From the NCBI GenBank assembly GCA_964526005.1, contig CAZGKO010000002.1, positions 4,927 through 68,926 of the forward strand: 64,000 nucleotides of DNA. The letters are read 5' to 3'. The notes under the pieces are model-generated. The model was given only the letters and a program-made list of their open reading frames with translations, had not been told where the DNA came from and ran no database searches. This document shows, one piece after another, positions 56,423 through 64,000 of the stretch (positions are counted from its first letter, which is position 1; the number at the start of each line of letters is the position of its first letter). The DNA is from an uncultured Candidatus Peribacteria bacterium (lineage in GTDB: Bacteria; Patescibacteriota; Gracilibacteria; UBA1369). The translations under genes were made by a program, and so were the position numbers.

Positions 56423-56548
56423 TACTGAATACTAAGAAATTGTGTTTACAATGCTATTTAGAATTAATTAATTTAAGGAAATAAGCGGTTAATAAATTAT
56501 TAATAATTTTGCCTTTATCAACATTATTCTTATTAATCGCATAAAAAT

Positions 56549-56848
56549 TTAGAGTGAGCTGGTTGATTTCTTTTCTAGATTTTTTTTAAATTGATTAAAA
56601 TTAGTATTGATAACACTTAAATCTCCCTGACAAATTTGTAATTTGGTATCTAAATTAGTGAGATATGATTTTAAATTGTGGGAATCATTTAAAATCGCCT
56701 GTTCTTCAACAGATTTTAGATATAGAACATACCCTACAAACAGGGTAATCAGAAATAATATAATAGATAATATTCCTAAAATTTTAATATATTTGGAAGA
56801 TTTACGGGAAAATTGTTTTTTTTGAGAGAATTTTTTATTTTTAATCAT
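56549..56848 (-). CDS. small single-pass membrane protein (99 aa)
   Basis: Basic N-terminus, TM segment ILGILSIILFLITLFVGYVLYL, then a short coiled coil. Confidence 0.5.
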   Translation of the reverse strand: MIKNKKFSQKKQFSRKSSKYIKILGILSIILFLITLFVGYVLYLKSVEEQAILNDSHNLKSYLTNLDTKLQICQGDLSVINTNFNQFKKNLEKKSTSSL

Positions 56849-56912
56849 GGGTGGTTTGATTTTTATATATAAGTAATGTTACTTTTGAAAATGGTCTATA
56901 GTCAAACTTAAT

Positions 56913-57473
56913 ATGAAAATCTATACAAAACAAGGAGATCAAGGAGAAACTTCATTGGCAGATGGAATACGGGTGCTAAAAAATTCTTTGAGAGTAGAAG
57001 CTTATGGAAATATTGATGAATTAAATGCTTTGATTGGCGTAATTGGAGTTTATATTTTTCAAGAAAAATATAAGGAAATATTTAAATATTTGCAAAATAT
57101 TTTGTTCACGATTGGTACTGATTTAGCAACTTCAAATGATAAAGTTAGTGCTATTCCACGACTACAAGTGGGAGAAGTAAAAAAACTAGAACAATGGATT
57201 GATGATTTAGATAAAGATTTACCTCCACTACAACATTTTATTTTGCCCGGGGGAAATGTGGTTGCTTCTTACCTACAATTAGCTAGATCTTTTTGTAGAA
57301 AAGCAGAAAGATCGGTAGTTGCGCTGAATCAATCTGAAAAGATTAATATGGAAATAATCCGATTTTTGAATAGACTTTCTGATTTATTTTTTATAATGGC
57401 TAGATATGTGAACTATGCTACTGGAATTAAAGAAGAGATCTGGAAAAATCCATCTAATATTGGACGATTCTAA
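56913..57473 (+). CDS. ATP:cob(I)alamin adenosyltransferase, PduO/MMAB type
   Basis: MKIYTKQGDQGETSL, RVEAYGNIDELNALIG, FILPGG. Confidence 0.9.
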   Translation: MKIYTKQGDQGETSLADGIRVLKNSLRVEAYGNIDELNALIGVIGVYIFQEKYKEIFKYLQNILFTIGTDLATSNDKVSAIPRLQVGEVKKLEQWIDDLDKDLPPLQHFILPGGNVVASYLQLARSFCRKAERSVVALNQSEKINMEIIRFLNRLSDLFFIMARYVNYATGIKEEIWKNPSNIGRF

Positions 57474-57534
57474 GATCTTGAGAGTATTGACAAAAGGTTG
57501 ATATGCATATTAGTATTTAACATCTTTAAATCTT

Positions 57535-58560
57535 ATGAAAATGAAAAATTTAATTGAAGGAAATAATCTATCAGAAAGACAAATTGCTTTTGAAAAATGT
57601 TTTATGATTATAATGGAATTGATTAATAAAGTCCGTACTCAAAAACGTGTTTTCAGAATGGCTAAAAACCTTTTTGAAATTTCAATTAAACCATATAAAT
57701 GTAATATGTTTTCTCTTCGCAAAGAATTTTCTTTAGATACTACTGATACTTTTATTAAATCTGAATTTGATAAATTGATTGATGCTGCTGAAAATAATTT
57801 TGGAGAAAGGGGAATTATTTTAGAATGTAAATTGTTCCCTTATGAAGATAATCGTTTAATAATATCAGTAATTTTTAAAAAAGATGGGAAAATTAATTTT
57901 ACCCCTGGAAATGTCGAGAGATATTCAAGAATGGTGATACTTAAAGATGAGGAAAAGGAAAAAGAATTTATTAAACAAAAAATTAAAGATACTGATCGAA
58001 AACAGGCTAGATTGGATGCGAATATAATCCTAGCGAAAAAAAGAAAAAAAGAAATGCAAAAAGAGCGTACAAATTTGAATAAAATGGTTGAAACAATAGA
58101 AAGATATTTCCCAAAAAGTAATATGGATTCTGAACATTTAATGGAACAAATATTATCATCACAAATATTAGATCAAGACGGTTCTGTGGAAATAGTGGGA
58201 ATAGAGAAAATAGAGAAACAAGTAGAAGAAGAAAAAAGCAGAGTAAGAACTAAAGTAGTGCAGACTATTCAAAAACCAGATCATTCTGATAGAATAGGAG
58301 ATTTTGAAATTGAATTTGTAGATAATATTGAAGATAGTAGTTTTCCAACAGGTGATATTCCCGTAATAGAAAGTGTTAGACCCGACAGCATTAGAGTTGT
58401 CGAACTTTCAGATATTAAAAGTTTGGTTGATGAAAGTGTTGGTCAAACTAGGAATATTACACCTTTAAATGTGCCTAATTTAGATTACGCAGAAAAAGCA
58501 AATATTGATGAATTTGGTAATTCATCTCTAGCGAAGAAAAATGATAATTTTGAAAAATAA
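57535..58560 (+). CDS. hypothetical protein (341 aa)
   Basis: ORF behind TTGACA-18-TAGTAT. Charged coiled-coil centre and acidic C-terminus. No family recognised. Confidence 0.6.
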   Translation: MKMKNLIEGNNLSERQIAFEKCFMIIMELINKVRTQKRVFRMAKNLFEISIKPYKCNMFSLRKEFSLDTTDTFIKSEFDKLIDAAENNFGERGIILECKLFPYEDNRLIISVIFKKDGKINFTPGNVERYSRMVILKDEEKEKEFIKQKIKDTDRKQARLDANIILAKKRKKEMQKERTNLNKMVETIERYFPKSNMDSEHLMEQILSSQILDQDGSVEIVGIEKIEKQVEEEKSRVRTKVVQTIQKPDHSDRIGDFEIEFVDNIEDSSFPTGDIPVIESVRPDSIRVVELSDIKSLVDESVGQTRNITPLNVPNLDYAEKANIDEFGNSSLAKKNDNFEK

Positions 58561-58623
58561 ATGACAAAGGTGACAAAAAATTAGAATCGGCGTATATTGT
58601 GGGCAAGTTTAATTTGGGAATAA

Positions 58624-60513
58624 ATGTCGGAAACAAAAATAAATAATTTTATTAATGATTTGACTTGGATGATTGGAGGAGAGGCTGGTTTTGGGATTCA
58701 ATCTGCCGGTCATTATTTTGCATTATCCTGTTCAAGAGGTGGTTTGAATATTTTTGGAAATGCTGAATATCCATCTTTGATTCGGGGAGGACATAATTCT
58801 AATGTAATTAGAGTTGCTGATTTTGAAATTGGAATTCATCGGGAAATTGTGAATTTGCTAGTAGCGATGAATAAAGAGACCCTTGATTTGCATTTGCAGA
58901 AATTGATTGCTGATGGGGGAGTTATTTATGATGCAGATGAGGTGAAAGATTATGATTTTGTGGCTACGAGAGCGTTAATTCCATCTACTACGATAAATCA
59001 GAATGGAAATGCTGTTGATATTAATATTTATAATGTTCCTTTAAAAAAACTGGCGATGGAATTTGGAAAAAGTGATATTACTAGAAATACCGTTGGCGTT
59101 GGGGCTTCCTTTGCTCTTTTAAAATATGATTTGGAAATTTATTTAGATATTTTGAAGGAAGCTTTTGCAAAAAAAGGAGAAATTATAATTAATAATAATA
59201 TTGCGGCTGCTCAAGCAGGATATAATTATGTATTGAAAAATTTTGATATAAATAAATATCCATATAAATTACATCAAGTTGATAATGCACGGAAAAAAAT
59301 AATGATTACTGGTAATGATATGATTTGTATCGGTGCTTTGAAAGCAGGTTGTAAACTTGTGGCGGAATATCCTATGACACCGTCCTCTTCGGTTCTTCAT
59401 TTTATGTCTAGATCGGCTAAAGATTTTAATGTGATAGTGAAACATACCGAAGATGAATTAGCGGCAATAAATATGGTGATAGGGGCTTCATGGGCGGGTG
59501 TTCGTTCAATGACAGCCACTTCTGGTGGCGGATTTGCTTTGATGTCTGAGGGATTGGGTATGGCGGGCATGATTGAAGCTTCAATAGTTGTTTATGTAGT
59601 GGGAAGGGGTGGTCCTTCTACAGGTTTGCCAACTAGAACTGAACAATCTGATTTACGTTTTGTAATGCATGCTTCACAGGGTGAATTTCCACGTTTAGTA
59701 ATTGCTCCATCCGATTTTACAGAAATGTTTTATGATGCTTTTGAAGCATTTAATATTGCTGAAAAATTTCAAATACCAGTAATTATAATAGCTGATAAAC
59801 ATTTAGGAGAGTGTATTCGCACAGTTCCCAAACCTGATACTACTTTAATGGTGGTAGATCGTGGACGATTAATTCAAGATGAAGCGGAAGTTGAAAAATT
59901 ACGAGAGAATGGATATAAGACTAATAATAATGGATTCATGCGTTATAAATTTACTGAAAATGGAGTTTCTCCAAGAGTATTGCCGGGTATGAAAGGTGGA
60001 CTCCATCGGGCTGCCACAGATGAGCATGATGAAACTGGTGATCTAACTGAAACAGAGGAAAATCGCACATTGATGCATTCTAAAAGAATGGAAAAATTAA
60101 AAAGTTGTTTAAATATTTTACCAGCTCCAACTTTAGTTGGTCCAGCACAAGATGGTTCTTATATTGCTGGTCCGGCTTTTAAAAGTTCTGAGGTAAAATT
60201 GACTTTTGTAACGTGGGGTTCCCCTAAAGAAGCTGTGTTGGAAGTAATGCAGAAACTATTGCAAGAAGGTATTAAAACAAATTTATTAGTAATTAAGTAT
60301 ATTCTTCCGTTCCATACTAAAATTATTAAAAAAATTCTGGAAGGTTGTAAAATAAAAGTAAATGTGGAAATGAATTATGAAGGACAATTGGCTTCGGTAA
60401 TTGCCGAAAAAACTGGTGTTTTTATGGATCATTCTATTTTGAAATGGAGTGGTAGACAATTTACAGCCGATCAAATTTATGAAAAAACAAAAGAAATATT
60501 AGATAAAAAATAG
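58624..60513 (+). CDS. korA: 2-oxoacid:ferredoxin oxidoreductase, fused gamma-alpha subunit
   Basis: N-terminal gamma-type domain GGEAGFGIQSAGHYF...YPSLIRGGHN, followed by alpha-type ITGNDMICIGALKAGCKLVAEYPMTPSS. Confidence 0.85.
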   Translation: MSETKINNFINDLTWMIGGEAGFGIQSAGHYFALSCSRGGLNIFGNAEYPSLIRGGHNSNVIRVADFEIGIHREIVNLLVAMNKETLDLHLQKLIADGGVIYDADEVKDYDFVATRALIPSTTINQNGNAVDINIYNVPLKKLAMEFGKSDITRNTVGVGASFALLKYDLEIYLDILKEAFAKKGEIIINNNIAAAQAGYNYVLKNFDINKYPYKLHQVDNARKKIMITGNDMICIGALKAGCKLVAEYPMTPSSSVLHFMSRSAKDFNVIVKHTEDELAAINMVIGASWAGVRSMTATSGGGFALMSEGLGMAGMIEASIVVYVVGRGGPSTGLPTRTEQSDLRFVMHASQGEFPRLVIAPSDFTEMFYDAFEAFNIAEKFQIPVIIIADKHLGECIRTVPKPDTTLMVVDRGRLIQDEAEVEKLRENGYKTNNNGFMRYKFTENGVSPRVLPGMKGGLHRAATDEHDETGDLTETEENRTLMHSKRMEKLKSCLNILPAPTLVGPAQDGSYIAGPAFKSSEVKLTFVTWGSPKEAVLEVMQKLLQEGIKTNLLVIKYILPFHTKIIKKILEGCKIKVNVEMNYEGQLASVIAEKTGVFMDHSILKWSGRQFTADQIYEKTKEILDKK

Positions 60514-60516
60514 TTT

Positions 60517-61377
60517 ATGGAGGTAGAGTTAAAAAATTTAGATACAATAGCAAAACCGGACTGGTGTCCAGGTTGTGGTAACTTTGCAATTCAAGTAGCA
60601 GTCAAACAGGCCTTAACCAATTTACAAATTGAGCCGCATACTGTGGCAATAGTAAGTGATATTGGTTGTTCTGGTAAATTACCTCACTGGGTAAATATTT
60701 ATGGATTACATTCTATACATGGTCGTGCGATACCAGCGGCAACAGGAGTAAAATTTGCAAATCGTGATCTGCATGTGATTTGTGATGCAGGTGATGGAGG
60801 TGCTTATGGAATTGGGGTTGGTCATTTTGTACATGTGTTACGTCGTAATATTGATATGATTTATTTAATTCATGACAATATGGTTTATGGTTTAACTAAA
60901 GGTCAAATGACACCAACTTCCGGTAAAGGATATATTTCTCCATCTTCACCGTTTGGGGCAATTGAAGAACCTTTAAACCCAATAGCATTGGCTCTAAGTT
61001 TAGGGGGAACTTTTATTGCTCGTGGTTCTTCAGGTAATGCTCCCCAATTAGCCAAAATTATAGAAGCGGCTATTCAACATAAAGGTTTTGCTTTAATTGA
61101 TATTTTTCAACCTTGTGTAACATTTAATAAAATTAATACTTACGCTTATTTTCTCCAACATACTTATAATATTGATGAAGAAGAAGGTTATAATCGAAAA
61201 AACTGGGAAGAAGCAATGAAGAGAGCCAGACAAATAGATAAATATCCGATTGGAATTATTTATCAGTCTGATCATAAAACGTATGAAGAAGAAGATCCCG
61301 GACGGGCTGATGTTGCCACGGTAAATTTACCGATTGATAATGTAGATGTGAGTGGAATCTGGAAAAAATATTATTAA
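60517..61377 (+). CDS. korB: 2-oxoacid:ferredoxin oxidoreductase, beta (TPP-binding) subunit
   Basis: WCPGCGNF, DIGCSGK, GDGGAYGIG, NMVYGLTKGQ. Confidence 0.88.
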   Translation: MEVELKNLDTIAKPDWCPGCGNFAIQVAVKQALTNLQIEPHTVAIVSDIGCSGKLPHWVNIYGLHSIHGRAIPAATGVKFANRDLHVICDAGDGGAYGIGVGHFVHVLRRNIDMIYLIHDNMVYGLTKGQMTPTSGKGYISPSSPFGAIEEPLNPIALALSLGGTFIARGSSGNAPQLAKIIEAAIQHKGFALIDIFQPCVTFNKINTYAYFLQHTYNIDEEEGYNRKNWEEAMKRARQIDKYPIGIIYQSDHKTYEEEDPGRADVATVNLPIDNVDVSGIWKKYY

Positions 61378-61430
61378 TGGAAAAACTTATAATTAAGTGA
61401 CATAAATAATTTTGAATTGGAGTAGAAAAT

Positions 61431-63086
61431 ATGATCGTAAGACATAAAAATAAAATGAAATTATTTAAGAAAATTATTCTGCTAATTGTAATAATGTTTG
61501 TTATAACATCATTTTCTACTGCTTCTACAGTGCTGGCAGCAGTTGCCGATACTTCACATTTTGTTAATATTTCTCTTTCGGCTAACCCTTATTTGCCGCA
61601 AAAAGGGGAGAATTTGAAAATTAATATTGGTTTGCATGCAGCTGGTCGAATTGTGACTGCACATGTGAAAATTGTTGAGGTTTCATCAGGATATTTAGTT
61701 TTGAAAGATAATTTTAGAGCTGGTGACGGAAATAATCAACTAATATGGAATGGTAAACAAATTGGTCATAATTTATTGGCTCCCGCAGGTACATATAAAA
61801 TGACTGTGACGGGGGATTATCGTTTGAAAATTCCAGGAAATGGAATGTTGCCTGAAATTAGTAAAACATTTACAGTTCATAGTCCAGTAAATGTAAATGA
61901 TGTGATAGCATCTACTGGAAATAATATTCAAATTAGTACTAATAACACTACTAATATGAGTACGTCTTCAAATCAAAAATTAAAACCTAAGGTAGAATTG
62001 ATAGATTGTAGTACCGATAAGGCTTCATTCCAGTTGGATATTAATAATAAACCTGATGATCTTTTAACAATGAGTTGCAAATTGAGCAGTGCTGCTTTGG
62101 TAAATGTAGGAGTTTATAAAAGTGATTTTAATCCAGCTAATGCAAATAATTCTGGAAGTTTGTTAAAAACATTAGTAAGTAATAAAAAAATGAAAGCAGG
62201 TGGATTTTTTAAGATTTGGGATGGCTTGGATAATTATGATCGACCTGTTTCGATTGATAAATATGTGATTGTTGCTGAGGCAAGACTGGACTCAACTTAT
62301 TTGCCTGATATTTCTATTCAAAAATTTTCTGTGGTAGGACATTTGATTATAAATAAAAATACAAGTATCACAAATAAAAATACTATGAGCAGTGCAACTA
62401 AAATCCCATCTTCCGTAATTTCTATTAATCCAGTATCAAATTCAAATTTAAATAATATAATCAAAGTTGATACGCATACTCATGCTAATCAACTTGCGGG
62501 GCAACCAAGTAAATGTAAAGGTGTAAATTATCCTTTGGATTTGCCGAGTGGAGATTATAGAAATGCGATTATTAAGGCTTATGATCAATGTTGGGTATAC
62601 GGATTTAGTGATGGGACTTTTCGATCAAATACTTTAATGACACGATTTGATGCAACCAAGGTTATTGTGTTAGTGGCAGGACTAACTCCCAAGATTGGAT
62701 GCTATACTTCGGACTGTGGTTCACCATTTAATGATCTTGAACCATGGCAGGGTACGTGGATTCGCGCCGCCTGGGATGCGAAAATTGTTTCTGGTACGGC
62801 TCCAGATAAATTCTCTCCAAATCGACCAATCACTAGGGCTGAAGCGGCGGCGTTGATAGTTAAAGGTTTAGGGATTTCACCTCATCAAAATTGTTATAAT
62901 GCTAATTGTGGGGCAGGTTATCCTGATAATCTTTTTAATGATATTACTCAAATGTGGGAAGGTCCTTATATTAGAGCTCTTTGGGATAAAGGGATGACAA
63001 TGGCTACCGGTCAAAATACTTTTTCACCGGATATTCCAATTAAACGTGGGGAGTTTTTAGAAATGCTTTTAACAGCTAAAAAATAA
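61431..63086 (+). CDS. SLH-domain surface protein with FlgD-Ig-like modules (paralog of 6217..7551)
   Basis: Signal peptide. ANPYLPQKGENLKINI...IWNGKQ. C-terminal SLH-like repeats FSDGTFRSN..., FNDLEPWQGTWIRAAWDAKIVSG..., FNDITQMWEGPYIRALWDKGM... Confidence 0.8.
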   Translation: MIVRHKNKMKLFKKIILLIVIMFVITSFSTASTVLAAVADTSHFVNISLSANPYLPQKGENLKINIGLHAAGRIVTAHVKIVEVSSGYLVLKDNFRAGDGNNQLIWNGKQIGHNLLAPAGTYKMTVTGDYRLKIPGNGMLPEISKTFTVHSPVNVNDVIASTGNNIQISTNNTTNMSTSSNQKLKPKVELIDCSTDKASFQLDINNKPDDLLTMSCKLSSAALVNVGVYKSDFNPANANNSGSLLKTLVSNKKMKAGGFFKIWDGLDNYDRPVSIDKYVIVAEARLDSTYLPDISIQKFSVVGHLIINKNTSITNKNTMSSATKIPSSVISINPVSNSNLNNIIKVDTHTHANQLAGQPSKCKGVNYPLDLPSGDYRNAIIKAYDQCWVYGFSDGTFRSNTLMTRFDATKVIVLVAGLTPKIGCYTSDCGSPFNDLEPWQGTWIRAAWDAKIVSGTAPDKFSPNRPITRAEAAALIVKGLGISPHQNCYNANCGAGYPDNLFNDITQMWEGPYIRALWDKGMTMATGQNTFSPDIPIKRGEFLEMLLTAKK

Positions 63087-63165
63087 CTTTAAACAGATAT
63101 TTTATCTATTTTAAATATAATATTAAAATAGTATAAATCGGTATGTTTGTGTAAATCGGGTTTTA

Positions 63166-63185
63166 TGGTATAATATAAAGATTTA
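63166..63185 (+). promoter_or_regulatory. extended -10 promoter plus conserved start-site element
   Basis: TGGTATAATATAAAGATTTATACAAATGA-ATG(63195). The 17-mer is identical to the one upstream of 2073. Confidence 0.55.
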
Positions 63186-63194
63186 TACAAATGA

Positions 63195-64000
63195 ATGAAA
63201 CAATTATTAGAAAAATGGGTGGCAATATCGTTAGTGATTGGAATGGGATTTGTTTTATCTTTTTCTTCTCCAATCAAATATATGAAAACCAGTGTATTAA
63301 GTAGTAGTGATTCTGCAATTGATTGTCTGGCTATACAAAATGGTGTTGTTGTAGATCAAATTAATGTTGGGACACCAATGAAATGGGCAATTGTTAATAA
63401 CAGTAAAGTTAAAACTTCAACTCTTTATCTTGGAAGCCAATTGCCACCAATTAATATTGCGACACCTCAAAAACCAATATATAATAATACTGATTATTAT
63501 TTTACACTGTCAGATTCTTTTGATAATTATAGGCTGTTCAATTCTACTGGGATATGGTCGCCAATAACTTATACTGAAAATAATTATCAAAAAAATAAAC
63601 AGGTTACGTTAACAGTCCATTATGTTTTATCTAAAAAGGGAGGTTATTATTCTAACTCAATAACCACTCTTGCCAGCACAACATGTTCAGTAACTCTTGT
63701 TCCTTCGATGCAATTCATTAATCCTGGTTTATTTCTTAATGAAACTATAAAGACAACTCCAATTTTACAAACCGTTAATTCTTATTCAGTTTATCAAAAA
63801 AATTCAACACAAGTTCCTCCGATGCAAGTCATTAAGCCGCTAACAGAAACTTTGATTAATCCATCAAAATCTGGTGACTCAACACCAAATCCTTCATCTT
63901 CTACTGCTCAAACTCAAACACCTTCTCAAACTCAAACACCTTCACATACTCAAACCGAGTCGGTCACATCACAATCCCCAACACATGTTAAACAACCTAG
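63195..64000 (+). CDS. putative secreted protein, partial (runs off right edge)
   Basis: Own translation: MKQLLEKWVAISLVIGMGFVLSFSSP (signal-like), open for 268 codons, ending in a T/Q/P/S-rich tract (TQTPSQTQTPSHTQT). Absent from the track because it has no stop. Confidence 0.6.
   Translation, partial: MKQLLEKWVAISLVIGMGFVLSFSSPIKYMKTSVLSSSDSAIDCLAIQNGVVVDQINVGTPMKWAIVNNSKVKTSTLYLGSQLPPINIATPQKPIYNNTDYYFTLSDSFDNYRLFNSTGIWSPITYTENNYQKNKQVTLTVHYVLSKKGGYYSNSITTLASTTCSVTLVPSMQFINPGLFLNETIKTTPILQTVNSYSVYQKNSTQVPPMQVIKPLTETLINPSKSGDSTPNPSSSTAQTQTPSQTQTPSHTQTESVTSQSPTHVKQP

Overview
AT-rich (roughly one-third GC by eye) bacterial chromosomal window. It reads cleanly in the standard code: RF2 is present and the conserved genes have no in-frame stops. 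Most starts have no Shine-Dalgarno-like purine tract. Content looks like a small-genome Patescibacteria/CPR-type organism (inference from a T4SS-pilin-like gene, SLH surface proteins, many ORFans and a 2-oxoacid:ferredoxin oxidoreductase); no rRNA is present to confirm this.

Recognisable genes:
- def, prfB, a Wzx-like flippase and glyA
- a complete F1Fo ATP synthase operon (atpBEFHAGDC)
- RNase J, an SLT lytic transglycosylase and rarA
- a group-3 sigma factor flanked by tRNA-Tyr and tRNA-Thr
- murB, ftsZ, ftsA and a stand-alone 5'-3' exonuclease
- rpsP plus a KH protein, a DUF721/DciA-like protein, a GT4 glycosyltransferase and tRNA-Asp
- a YqeY-like protein, a PduO-type adenosyltransferase and korAB-like oxidoreductase subunits
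- an RND permease plus membrane-fusion protein pair
- two paralogous SLH/FlgD-Ig surface proteins
- a ~1600-aa Pmp-like beta-helix surface protein

I saw no CRISPR array, transposase, integrase or rRNA.

Most unusual region: 1..13818, a minus-strand island of 13 ORFs I could not assign to any family. It is built from repeated units of a small all-helical protein tightly coupled to a larger signal-less protein. One member is a 1468-aa protein with a glycine-rich membrane core and tandem GGDEF-like domains. Several of its transcription units share a near-identical promoter and start-site element.

Other notable points:
- a ~0.9 kb ORF-free gap (19240..20180) that ends in a perfect 15-bp intrinsic terminator, a candidate structured ncRNA
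- a dispersed purine-rich intergenic repeat family
- an 18-bp tandem duplication of the tRNA-Thr 3' end
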